From NCBI GenBank assembly GCA_002348185.1, contig DDYW01000021.1, forward strand, positions 24,248-88,247: a stretch of 64,000 bases of DNA, written 5' to 3'. A model generated the notes under the pieces. That model was not told where the DNA came from and searched no databases. It was given only the letters and a program-made list of their open reading frames with translations. This DNA comes from Candidatus Hydrogenedentes bacterium UBA2224 (GTDB lineage: Bacteria > Hydrogenedentota > Hydrogenedentia > Hydrogenedentales > SLHB01). The translations under genes and the position numbers were made by a program. Of this stretch, positions 19,801-28,153 are shown piece by piece. Positions within the stretch are counted from its first letter, which is position 1; each line of letters begins with the position of its first letter.

Positions 19801-21040
19801 CGTCGGGGAACGCGAGGCGGAGCGCCTCGCGCGCGTGAAACGCGTCGCCGGTCATGTAATACATGGCCATGCGTTTGCTGATGCTGTTCCACCCGAAATA
19901 GCCGATCGAGCCGTAGCCCGCCGAGGCTTCCCAGGCCTCGAACTGCCGCAGGTCCGTGGGGGGCGTGAGGCCGTCTCCGAGTTCGATTTCCATCAGCCAC
20001 GGCACGTCGAGCGCCGAGCCCGGCGGCCTCTCCGAGACGCGTTGTGCAAACGCCGTGGCGGCTTTGCCGACGCCCGCCGGGTCGCTCCCGCCCAGAAACA
20101 CCACGTTGTGGCCGTCGCCCATCGGATTGTGAAGCGTTCGGACAACGTAGCCCCCCGGGCCGGGGTACCGCAGGTCGAGAAGCGTGTAGTACCGGTTGTA
20201 GAGCTGGCCGATAAACCGGTTCGTGGAGCGGTTGCCGAGGGCGATGACATTCCGGTCGAAGGGCAGGCCCACGGCGTCATCGGAAAAGACGGGCAGTTCC
20301 GCGCCGGCACACGCCCGGATCGCCGCGTTCACCGCGGCTGCGTGCTCCGCATAGGCCGCCGGCACCACGATGGCCGCGACCGCCTGGCCGCCGGCGACCA
20401 GGGCCGTTTCGAGGTAGAGCGGTTTGAGCGCCTCGATTTCAGGCACTTCGGGGGCGCTGGGCAATCCCATCCCGGCCGGCAACTCGGCTACGGCCGCCAG
20501 CGAGACGTCATCGACCCGCACCTGCGTCACCGGGTCGCGGTGGGTATAGAGATACAGCACCGCTTCCCGGGTATCCGGCGGGGCCACCTTCCCCACCTCG
20601 ACGCGGTTGAACGTGCCCGGCAAACCGGGGACAAGCGGGCGCTGGACGTATTTTCCCGACGGCAGAAACCGTAACTGGAGGTAGGCCCCGGCGGGTGAGG
20701 CGTTTTCAACCCCCATGACCGATACGCCCGCTACATAAGGCGTGCCGGGCGCCGCCGGGACCCGCTGCACAATGCCCAGCTCTCCTCCGGGATGGCCGTC
20801 TGCGAGCTGCAGGGCCCGCCCTCCCTCGCCCGGCAGGTCCACCAGCGACAGCGCCCGCTGTTCGTCAATCTGGCCGTACAACCCCCAGCCGGCCGGGACG
20901 CCGGTATCCGACGCGCCCTCCTCGAACGAGGGGTTCCGGAGGAGGTTTTCCTCTCCGGACGGTTCCGCCGCGAACCCCGGCGCCCCACAGACGGCAAGCA
21001 CGCCCATACAAAGAAACGTCAGGCCAGGGCATCGGGTCAT
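16838..21040 (-). CDS. 1400-aa secreted multidomain protein: CBM4/9-like domain, large alpha-helical middle, C-terminal beta-propeller with FG-GAP/VCBS-type Ca-binding loops
   Basis: Signal peptide MTRCPGLTFLCMGVLAVCGAPGFA. NPSFEEG start of a galactose-binding-like module. C-terminal DDFDGDGEPEL and DTGDLTGDGVPDIAV loops. Confidence 0.85.
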   Translation of the reverse strand: MTRCPGLTFLCMGVLAVCGAPGFAAEPSGEENLLRNPSFEEGASDTGVPAGWGLYGQIDEQRALSLVDLPGEGGRALQLADGHPGGELGIVQRVPAAPGTPYVAGVSVMGVENASPAGAYLQLRFLPSGKYVQRPLVPGLPGTFNRVEVGKVAPPDTREAVLYLYTHRDPVTQVRVDDVSLAAVAELPAGMGLPSAPEVPEIEALKPLYLETALVAGGQAVAAIVVPAAYAEHAAAVNAAIRACAGAELPVFSDDAVGLPFDRNVIALGNRSTNRFIGQLYNRYYTLLDLRYPGPGGYVVRTLHNPMGDGHNVVFLGGSDPAGVGKAATAFAQRVSERPPGSALDVPWLMEIELGDGLTPPTDLRQFEAWEASAGYGSIGYFGWNSISKRMAMYYMTGDAFHAREALRLAFPDAQARAEIAEIDGERIENKDNPLGGPYHYNAHLMILFWDLIEESPVFTDDERLRVTRAFAQQLAHPGIASAYAGPYAAIPSQVGSRHGQWTAISLYCLGRYFAKDYDDPVWPVCEQNGANHFRSLHEHAWVSGENDNLFWYDTAIAPIFSYLLLTGDRVPLENGVAAELLRGLEILASGKDGDWALHYASVGFLHQAAYLMQDGRWLTYRNRTGVDTALFRLGQSYWPEDHLQPVPPDDMVGDWRIHAMPEPMWKWRNNGFPLDESFLFMSYRNRPDATGDFILLDGFNGASRNPYHTFAILALRQDGATLLEGYLNQLRTRADGLTEKTVAMDAALKHCRVLGETVVAVAEVPGMPFASWRRALVHRPGRYALVLDELTPRIDTENLEVQLLWETRGGNWLAGPERPNQMRLDRPLSAPVPRIPLICTASDVTLLRNGYEAAMQWLGPARTGETLRFFSLVTGVPTETETEVACLRLAGNAAVLLTPELALAAAGTYEGIEAEFAVLSETHFYGRGVVQLAVPGLSPVFKSAEPMDIDWNLARGEMTLASSANSAQPPETRPAPAPAPMLPAVRAWLAACLEQARTHAGQTADTATAAEQALPELQCTAVKTGDAAIMDLVAAPDGTRLYAAEGQTIHAMSLSGEPVAAFSTDGPVRMLHWWPEPQLLLAGCADEKVIAFDRDGNRRWVFVSEMDPEVYRAAKTYWFKSAPGHEGIHGLYSGPFIDGTPMAFVGSACTLEILDETGRLVRRMPQFWGKVSVMKLIPGPNGSHTLLAARRYNGSNTLGIINSATLDPSPRGFDSVPEGHTHVPGWSAMNREHIFFDDFDGDGEPELMTEINGVWNRVTVWRPDGTAEYDASFGPGKAIPYVNMRDIDTGDLTGDGVPDIAVATVDRLCVALTGTCEKLWSRRLPFVPTTLACITPGGGDAPCIVVGGENGNLLVLDAAGTPVRQGRLPDTPTKILALPGERAVVFGTRDGHLAVCTGF

Positions 21041-21182
21041 GTCGCGCTCCTCCAGAGATTGGGAACACAATACCCCATCGCGCGACTCCGGGCCAGAGAC
21101 CGGAGAATCCGACTCACCGGGCACTCACGATTCGCGCGGGGGCGCCCCCGAGGCGGGTATGCACGACGCGGGCGGCGGCGTG

Positions 21183-21426
21183 GTGGACCCCATGGACCCG
21201 ATGGACGATATGGACGACATGGACGACCCGGTCTTTGACGCCATCGAAGGTGTCGAATTTGCCGTGGGCGAAGCGCGTGGCTCGGTGGCGCCGTCCGATA
21301 CCAACCCCCAAATCGGGGTTGGATAGTCCCTGCGCCTTTGCTTGCCCCCTTCGCCATCGTTCGGGCTGGCATGTCCATAGAGTCCATATCGTCCATCCCG
21401 TCCACCTGGTCCGCCGTGTCCACATC
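21183..21426. repeat. composite intergenic element: 5 x ATGGACNNN, ~145-bp core, 6 x GTCCATNNN (inverted arrays)
   Basis: Left array 21183-21227, right array 21373-21426. The core contains the ccaacccc-caaat-cggggttgg hairpin and aligns in reverse with the core at 50827-50978. Confidence 0.8.
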
Positions 21427-21584
21427 TCCGCGCTTGACCGCCGGCCAGACAGTTTTGTTCCTCTTGCTCCCGGTCGTGCCTGCCTGGGGAAACCGTGTTT
21501 TCCCTGCCCCTTTTCTATGGGGAGCGCGTCCAGTACAATACCCGGCAGGGCGAGTGTCCAGATAACCTATGGGGAGGGCGGTCC

Positions 21585-21953
21585 ATGACGACAGACACAC
21601 CGGTTGAAGGCTACTCCAAAGACGAGCGGATGTGGGGCATGATTTGCCATCTCGCGGCCCTGGCGGGATTCGTGGGGATTCCGTTGGGCAACGTGCTGGG
21701 CCCGCTGGTCGTCTGGCTCATCAAACGGGAAGAGTTTCCCCTGGTGGCGGACCAGGGCAAGGAATCCCTCAACTTCCAGATTTCCATGACGATCTACGGG
21801 CTGATCTGCATCCCGCTGATGTTCGTGGTGATTGGCTTTCTGCTGGGGCTGGCCCTGCTCATTGCCGACGTGGTGTTCATTATCATCGCCGCGATGAAAG
21901 CAAACGACGGCATCCTGTACCGGTATCCGCTTACTATCCGTCTGATCAAGTAA
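21585..21953 (+). CDS. DUF4870 family membrane protein
   Basis: ERMWGMICHLAALAGFVGIPLGNVLGPLVVWLIK..DQGKESLNFQIS is a typical DUF4870 core. GGGGAGGG box upstream. Confidence 0.8.
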   Translation: MTTDTPVEGYSKDERMWGMICHLAALAGFVGIPLGNVLGPLVVWLIKREEFPLVADQGKESLNFQISMTIYGLICIPLMFVVIGFLLGLALLIADVVFIIIAAMKANDGILYRYPLTIRLIK

Positions 21954-22092
21954 GCGGTTTCAACAACAGCGCGAAAGCGTGCGCCCCGGCGTCCGTTCGG
22001 CCAGACCAGCCGGGCCGGTCTGACCAGAGAGATCGGTCTGACCGGAGGGAGGGAGCCGGCGCGAGGGCACGTTTCCGTCTAAGGGGGAAGCC

Positions 22093-23748
22093 ATGACCGA
22101 CTCGCGATACCGTCCAGAACTCTGTCGGCTGCCGGGACTATTGCTCCTGGCCTTGAGCGCGGCCGTCCTGGCTGCGGAGGAACCGGCCCCAGCGCCTCCG
22201 TCTACCGTCGTCCTGGTTCCGATGCGCGACGGCGTCCGGCTCGCCACGGAGATCTATCTTCCCGACGGCGGCGGCCCCTGCCCCGTCGTGCTCGCCCGGA
22301 GCGTCTACGGCCGCACCTTCGGCCCGCAATGGGGGCCGGCCTGGCTCGAGAAGGGCATCGCGTTTGCCGCCCAGGACTGCCGCGGCCGCGGGGACAGCGA
22401 GGGGACCGACCTGGGCTTTTTGGCCGATGGATGGGGGGAGGCGCGGGACGGCGCCGACACGGTCGCGTGGCTGCGCGCGCAGCCGTGGTGCAACGGCAAG
22501 ATCGCCACCCTGGGAGGGTCCGCGCTGGGCATCGTGCAGATTCTCGCGGCCCCGTCCACGCCCTGGATCACATGCCAGAGCATCGTTGTGGCGCCCGCCT
22601 CGCTTTACGGGAATGTCACGTATCAGGGGGGCGTGTTCCGCAAAGAGATGATGGAAGGCTGGCTGGCCGCGCAGAAACTTCCGCACGTGCTCGAGCTGTG
22701 GAAGGCGCATCCGGGCTACGATGCCTTCTGGCGCGGATTCGACGCCGAGCGCGCGGCCGACCGGGTGACAGCGCCCGCCGTGCATGTCGGAGGCTGGTGG
22801 GACTGTTTCGGGCAAGGCACCCTGGAGGCGTTCATGTCGCGCCAGCACGAGGGCGCGCCGCCGGCCCGCGGCAATCAGAAGCTCATCATGGGGCCGTGGC
22901 TGCATGGCCCGAAACGCGAGCCCGGCGACGTGACGCTGGCGGAGAATTTCGACGCCGTCGACTTCAACAAGTATACCCAGCGGTTTTTCCGTTACTGGCT
23001 CCTCGGAGAGCAGAACGGCATCATGGACGAGCCCGCCGTCCAGTATTACACCGTGGGCGACCTGTCGGACCCGAACGCGCCGGGCAACGAATGGCGGACT
23101 GCCAGCGACTGGCCGCCGTTTGCGACGGAGTCGACCCCGTTCTACCTGAACCCGGACGGTTCGCTCCACGCCGAACAGGTCGCGGACAGTTCGGGCGGCC
23201 TTACCTTTATGTATGATCCCGCGAACCCGGTGCCGTCGCTGGGCGGCGCGACCTTGCTCCACAAGCCCGGGGTGTACGACCAGCGTCCCGTGAGCGGGCG
23301 GCCGGATGTCCTCAAATTCGCCACCGCGCCCCTTTCCGCGCCTCTCGAGATCACCGGACGCGTGACGGTGCGCCTGTATGTGTCCACGGACGCCCGGGAC
23401 ACCGATTTCACGGCGAAACTGCTCGATATCTACCCGGACGGCCGTGAAATTCTGATGCTCGACGGCATCCAGCGGCTCAAGTTCCGGCACGGCTGCGAAA
23501 TGCCCGACTATCTGCTGCCGGGAGAGATTGCCGAGGTCGAAATCGACTTGTGGTCCATCAGCCTGATTTTTAACGCGGGCCACCGCATTGGACTGCACGT
23601 GTCGAGCAGCAACTTCCCCCGGTTCGAGGTTAATCCGAATACCGGCAAGGATTTCCCTGTCGAAGGCGAACCCCTGGCCGTCGCCGCGAATACGGTGTAT
23701 ACGGGCGTGCGCCATCCCAGCGCGTTGATACTGCCCGTTGCGCCTTAG
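22093..23748 (+). CDS. CocE/NonD family hydrolase (S15 X-Pro dipeptidyl-peptidase-like), secreted
   Basis: VPMRDGVRLATEIYLPDG, AQDCRGRGDSEG, GGSALG nucleophile elbow, C-terminal beta-sandwich (NFPRFEVNPNTG). Confidence 0.9.
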   Translation: MTDSRYRPELCRLPGLLLLALSAAVLAAEEPAPAPPSTVVLVPMRDGVRLATEIYLPDGGGPCPVVLARSVYGRTFGPQWGPAWLEKGIAFAAQDCRGRGDSEGTDLGFLADGWGEARDGADTVAWLRAQPWCNGKIATLGGSALGIVQILAAPSTPWITCQSIVVAPASLYGNVTYQGGVFRKEMMEGWLAAQKLPHVLELWKAHPGYDAFWRGFDAERAADRVTAPAVHVGGWWDCFGQGTLEAFMSRQHEGAPPARGNQKLIMGPWLHGPKREPGDVTLAENFDAVDFNKYTQRFFRYWLLGEQNGIMDEPAVQYYTVGDLSDPNAPGNEWRTASDWPPFATESTPFYLNPDGSLHAEQVADSSGGLTFMYDPANPVPSLGGATLLHKPGVYDQRPVSGRPDVLKFATAPLSAPLEITGRVTVRLYVSTDARDTDFTAKLLDIYPDGREILMLDGIQRLKFRHGCEMPDYLLPGEIAEVEIDLWSISLIFNAGHRIGLHVSSSNFPRFEVNPNTGKDFPVEGEPLAVAANTVYTGVRHPSALILPVAP

Positions 23749-23749
23749 T

Positions 23750-24709
23750 ATGATTGCGGCCATGACCGGCGAACACCGTACAACGCTTTGGTGGGCGGGC
23801 CTGACCGCGGAGAAGGTGCTGGGCCTCGTGTTTGTCCTGGCCGCGGCGCTCAAGGCGTGGGACCTCGAGGCCTTCGCGTTCCAGATTCGCTATTACCATG
23901 TGCTCACGGCCCCCGGGTCGCTCGTGGCCGCCGCCATCGGGTCCGTGGCGTGGGAAACTCTGCTGGGTGTCGCGATGCTCGTGGGGTTGCGGCTCCGCGG
24001 GTGGACCTTCGCCGCCGTCGCTGCCACTCTCGTGGGATTCACGGGGCTGGTGCTGTATTCGTGGCACTTCTATGACCTCGAGGATTGCGGCTGTTTCGGC
24101 TCGCTGGTGCCCCTGGGCCCCGGCGCCACCACCGCGAAGAACGCCGTGCTCCTGGTCCTGACCCTGTTGGCCTGGTATGGCCTCCGGTCCGGCCACACGC
24201 GCATTGAGGGTACCCTCTGGCAACACCCCCTGCTGAAGGGCGCCGCCGTGCTGGCGTCCAGCGTGCTGGTGCTGGTCGCGGGACTCTTCCACGCGCCGTT
24301 CGAGCAGGTGGGCGGAAACCCCGGCGGACAGGACGGGCCCTCCCTGGTATTCAACGTTGAACACGAGGGACAGGTCTACGACACGTCGCAGGGGGAATAC
24401 CTGGTCGCGTTCCTCAGCGATACCTGCGACGAGTGCCGCGCCGAAACCCCCCTGCTGAACGATATGCTGTATGTTCCCGAATTTCCCACCGTTATCGCGT
24501 TTATGCTCGTCGAAAGCGACGAATCCCTCAAACAATTCCGGGAACTGGCCCGGTTTCCCGCCATCAAGATGGATACCCTCCAATGGTCGCAATACATTAA
24601 TATGGCCCCCCCGCGCTTCTACCTGGTCCGCGACGGTAAGGAACTCGCCCACTGGGACGAGCACCTCCCTCCCCTGGAAGAGATCCTGGCCGTCCGCGAC
24701 GCGTCCTGA
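23750..24709 (+). CDS. MauE/DoxX-type membrane protein fused to a thioredoxin-like CxxC domain
   Basis: LAAALKAWDLEAFAFQIRYY and the MauE CGCFG motif in the TM part. C-terminal VAFLSDTCDECRAE (CxxC). The start overlaps or abuts the CocE/NonD stop. Confidence 0.8.
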   Translation: MIAAMTGEHRTTLWWAGLTAEKVLGLVFVLAAALKAWDLEAFAFQIRYYHVLTAPGSLVAAAIGSVAWETLLGVAMLVGLRLRGWTFAAVAATLVGFTGLVLYSWHFYDLEDCGCFGSLVPLGPGATTAKNAVLLVLTLLAWYGLRSGHTRIEGTLWQHPLLKGAAVLASSVLVLVAGLFHAPFEQVGGNPGGQDGPSLVFNVEHEGQVYDTSQGEYLVAFLSDTCDECRAETPLLNDMLYVPEFPTVIAFMLVESDESLKQFRELARFPAIKMDTLQWSQYINMAPPRFYLVRDGKELAHWDEHLPPLEEILAVRDAS

Positions 24710-24878
24710 TCTGGCCGGCGGCCCGAGTCTGTGGTAAACTTAATGGGTAAACTGCGCAAACGGAGCATTTTGCTGTCTCTAGCGGGGAAGTGAATAGACG
24801 AGGCGGGGTTTCGTCTATTGGGGTGTCGGAAACCGCACGCGCCGGGTGTTGTGGAGGCGTGCACTGGAGATTGAGACG

Positions 24879-25775
24879 ATGCGAAACCGAGGGATGTCAC
24901 TCCTGGAATTGCTGATTATCGTGGCCATTCTGGGATTATTCGCAGCGATCCTGCTGCCCGCGCTGGCCCATGCGAGGGGCTTCATGGCACGAAACGATTG
25001 CGCGGCGAACCTCAAACAACTGGGCCTCGCAAGCGCCATGTTCGCTGGCGAGGACGCTCATGGCCATTATCCCGCCCTCTACGCGGCCCACACGCCGCTC
25101 GTGGCGGAAGGCGGCGGACCGGCCGGGGACAGCGCGTTTCTGGTGCTGCCGTGCCTGGATCCCGCTGACCTCTATCCGGAATACATCGCCGACGCCCGGG
25201 TCTTCGTGTGCCCCGGCATCGCCGCGGAAAGCGCGGCCGACCGCCGGTTCGACGCGATCGTCGATTCCAGCGGGCGCATGCTGGAAACGCATGGACTGGG
25301 CCGCGTCGCGCGAAGCTACATGTATCTGGGCTGGGCTATGGACGCCATCTCGCCCGAAGCTCCCCAGGAACCGCTCGACATCCTCGGCGGCCCGGCGGAC
25401 CTGTCGGCGCCCGCGCAGTTGGTGCTGGGCGTGGGGCCGGTTCTCGATGAGGTCAGGCGGACCGAAGACCCCGCTCGTGCGGGTCTGGATATCCCGGTTC
25501 CCGGCGGCCTGGGCACCAGTGGCGGCGTCCTGATCCACCGCTTGCGCGAAGGCGTCGAGCGGTTTGGCGTAACCGACATCAACAGCGTTGAGCCCGCGGC
25601 GAAAGCCGAAGCCGCCATCTGGGTGCTTGGCGACCGCGTTTCCACGCCGGAAAGCGACGGCTATGCCTATGGCGCCAATGTCCTCTTCAAGGACGGGCAC
25701 GTTGAGTTCGTGCCCTATGGCGCGAAGGCGCCGGTGACGGCCGGCATGGCCCACTTCCTCGATACACTGCATTAA
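24879..25775 (+). CDS. DUF1559 / H-X9-DG family prepilin-type N-terminal domain protein
   Basis: GMSLLELLIIVAILGLFAAILLPAL, CAANLKQLGLA, C-terminal NVLFKDGHVEFV. Confidence 0.85.
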   Translation: MRNRGMSLLELLIIVAILGLFAAILLPALAHARGFMARNDCAANLKQLGLASAMFAGEDAHGHYPALYAAHTPLVAEGGGPAGDSAFLVLPCLDPADLYPEYIADARVFVCPGIAAESAADRRFDAIVDSSGRMLETHGLGRVARSYMYLGWAMDAISPEAPQEPLDILGGPADLSAPAQLVLGVGPVLDEVRRTEDPARAGLDIPVPGGLGTSGGVLIHRLREGVERFGVTDINSVEPAAKAEAAIWVLGDRVSTPESDGYAYGANVLFKDGHVEFVPYGAKAPVTAGMAHFLDTLH

Positions 25776-25795
25776 CCCGCGCAACCACCCGCGAA

Positions 25796-25838
25796 AACGC
25801 CTCCTCCGTCCCCCCTGGAGGAGGCGTTCCCCTTTTTT
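25796..25838 (+). terminator. rho-independent terminator
   Basis: aacgcctcctcc-gtcccccct-ggaggaggcgtt followed by cccctttttt. Confidence 0.75.
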
Positions 25839-25972
25839 GACCCTGCACCATCGGTTTCCCGGGCAGGCCCACGTGATTCATCCCGCAACCCGGGTGGTTT
25901 TCCCCCATGCCGCGCCCGGTGTGCCGGAGGTCCATTTGCCTTTGCCCTCGCGAGTCCGTATCGTATGCCCGC

Positions 25973-26521
25973 ATGGGACGAGATATAGTTCGATTCAGAT
26001 GCCACAGTTGCGGTCACTGCTGCACGGACGTCGTCTGTCTGCCTACGCCGTGGGACGTGATCCGGATTGTGAAGAACACGGGCGAATCCCCGTACGAGTT
26101 TCTGGAATTCCTGGGCCCGGACGAGATCAGCGAGGTCGACGACAGCGACTCCACATGGCTGGAATGCGGCGGCCATCGCTACCTCATGGCGCTCAAGCGG
26201 GGACCGCACGGCTGTTTTTTCCTCGACAAAGGGACCCGATTCTGCGCGATCTACGAGCACCGGCCCATCTTGTGCCGGCTCTACCCGTTCAAGTTACAGG
26301 AGACGCGGGACGGGAAGTTCAAGGGGTTCACCCTGCACTCCGACGTGGGGTGTCCCCGCCACCGTGACGGCGAGGTTGTCACGAAACCCCTCTTCACGCT
26401 ATACCGCCAGGATTGCGGCAACCAGAGGGATTACGACGATCTGGTTCGCGTATTCAACCGGCGTGAGTATCCCGGCAAGCAGCCCTCGGATTTTATCGGG
26501 ATGTTCATCGAGGTCAAATGA
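25973..26521 (+). CDS. YkgJ family (UPF0153) cysteine-cluster protein
   Basis: FRCHSCGHCC (CxxCxxCC) and CAIYEHRPILCRLYPF. The start is uncertain (25907 or 25973). Confidence 0.75.
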   Translation: MGRDIVRFRCHSCGHCCTDVVCLPTPWDVIRIVKNTGESPYEFLEFLGPDEISEVDDSDSTWLECGGHRYLMALKRGPHGCFFLDKGTRFCAIYEHRPILCRLYPFKLQETRDGKFKGFTLHSDVGCPRHRDGEVVTKPLFTLYRQDCGNQRDYDDLVRVFNRREYPGKQPSDFIGMFIEVK

Positions 26522-27828
26522 ACGCGATTGACGTGACCATCGCCTGCAGCGGTTCTTCACCCGAAGACACAGTGGCGGCGCTGGAGCACATCGCGCCCCG
26601 TCTCGGTGAATGCCGCGTCCGTGCCGAGTTCCTGGTCCTGGTCGCCGGGGGAGGGGGGGGACTGCCGGATCGGGCGGGCGGCTTCCCGCTTCGTGAAGTG
26701 CCCGTTGAACGCGGCACCTGCGGCGATGCCCTGCGGGCGGCGGTTCGCGAGGCGCGCGGCGACTGGCTCATTACGCTCGAAAACCCCAGTCCCCCGGACG
26801 CGTCCCTGGTGTTTGGCTTCTGCCACCGGCGGAACCAGGCGGATCTGGTCATCGCGTCGCGCTACGTCAGGGGCGGCGCCTACAGCATGCCGTGGCTGCG
26901 CAGCGCCATCAGCCGAACCTTGAACCGCGTATACCGGATGGCCCTGTCGCTTCCCGTGCATGACCTGTCCTCCGGCCGGCGCATGTACCGCAGCAGCATG
27001 CTCCGCCGGGTGCCCATTGAGGGCGACGACTACGACGTGCTTATGGAAGTCCTGTTGCGGTTCATGTCCAAAGGCGGCAGCGTCGAGGAGCTGCCGTTTC
27101 ATTATGAGTCGACCCGGTATCGGCAGGAACCCGGCACGGAGCTGCGGCTGGTTCGCAGTTCGCTGCGCACCCTGAAACGGATGCATGCCCTGCGCAACAG
27201 CATCGATTTCCCGGACTACGACTACCGGGCCTACGACAGCCGCATCTGGCTGCAACGCTACTGGCAGCGAAAGCGGTTCCAGATCATCCGGCGCTTCACC
27301 GATGGCCCGGGGCGCATTCTCGACGTGGGGTGCGGCTCGAGCCGCATCATTACCACCCGCCCCGAGATGTTCGGGCTGGACATCAACATCAACCGCTTGC
27401 GGTTTCTTCGGGACACGCTTCCCCGAAGGCTTCAGGCGACCGCCGGCGCCCTCCCCTTTGGAGACGAACAATTCGACACGGTGCTCAGCTCTCAGGTGAT
27501 CGAGCATACGGCCGAGCTCAACTGCGTGCAGGAAGCCGCGCGCGTTTGCCGCACGGGGGGCATCGTCGTGATCGGCACGCCCGATTACAGCACGTTCTGG
27601 TGGCCGGTCACCGAACGCCTGTACGCGCTGGCCCGCCCCTCCGCGTACGCCGACGAGCACATCATGCATTACACCCACGCCACGCTCACCCGGGAGCTGA
27701 GACGCTGCGGATGCGAGATCGAGGAATGCGCCTACGTGGGCGGGGGCGAGCTCATTGTGAAAGCCGTCAAACGGCGCCATCTGCCGAAGGGAGAAGGGCC
27801 GTGCGGCCTGCGCCTCAACCGGGATTGA
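26518..27828 (+). CDS. glycosyltransferase-2-like domain fused to a class I SAM-dependent methyltransferase
   Basis: The N-terminal half is GT2/dolichol-P-sugar-synthase-like (DLVIASRY, YDVLMEVLLR). The C-terminal half has ILDVGCGSS (motif I) and FDTVLSSQVIEH. ATGA overlap with the ykgJ-like stop. Confidence 0.8.
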   Translation: MNAIDVTIACSGSSPEDTVAALEHIAPRLGECRVRAEFLVLVAGGGGGLPDRAGGFPLREVPVERGTCGDALRAAVREARGDWLITLENPSPPDASLVFGFCHRRNQADLVIASRYVRGGAYSMPWLRSAISRTLNRVYRMALSLPVHDLSSGRRMYRSSMLRRVPIEGDDYDVLMEVLLRFMSKGGSVEELPFHYESTRYRQEPGTELRLVRSSLRTLKRMHALRNSIDFPDYDYRAYDSRIWLQRYWQRKRFQIIRRFTDGPGRILDVGCGSSRIITTRPEMFGLDININRLRFLRDTLPRRLQATAGALPFGDEQFDTVLSSQVIEHTAELNCVQEAARVCRTGGIVVIGTPDYSTFWWPVTERLYALARPSAYADEHIMHYTHATLTRELRRCGCEIEECAYVGGGELIVKAVKRRHLPKGEGPCGLRLNRD

Positions 27829-27986
27829 AGCTTCGCGCTCCGCACATCGGGCAGCCCGGGCGCGGGACGCGCGAGGGGCCGATACCGCTCCGGAGCCCTG
27901 TTACGGCCCGTTCCTGAGTTTTTTGTTAACCGAATTGCTTAAAATAAGAAATGCTATTAAAACCGGATTTTTCGGGCTTTCTCTCG

Positions 27987-28015
27987 TTGACTTCATTTTG
28001 GAGCCGTGCTATAGT
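27987..28015 (+). promoter_or_regulatory. near-consensus sigma70-type promoter
   Basis: TTGACT, 17-nt spacer, TATAGT, in an AT-rich island. It predicts a ~130-nt leader before the ATG at 28154. Confidence 0.55.
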
Positions 28016-28153
28016 CCGAAGGGTAGTGGGAACCGAAACGCAGATGCAGGGATAAAGTTGGGGAGTCGCGTGGGAACTCAATCGGGGAGATTTCGTACCC
28101 TCGCTTTTCCTGGGTAATTTGTGTCTTTTTACACTCGCGGGAGTCCGAACTAT

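Noticed and set aside
20742-21600. ORFs encoding PMDPMDDMDDMD- or HIVHRVHGVH-type peptides across the RTGGAC arrays. Similar ORFs occur at 34029-34922, 40534-40976 and 50635-51090.
   Set aside because: The repeat translates open in several frames on both strands. There is no start context, and the same DNA recurs in both orientations in intergenic positions, so it is non-coding repeat DNA.
28022-28153. c-di-AMP (ydaO-type) riboswitch upstream of the M23 peptidase.
   Set aside because: The pseudo-symmetric GGGGAG/AAUC boxes are suggestive. However, the conserved 3' CAGCUAACCUCGUAAGCG-like segment I remember for that class is absent. It is kept only as an unclassified leader.
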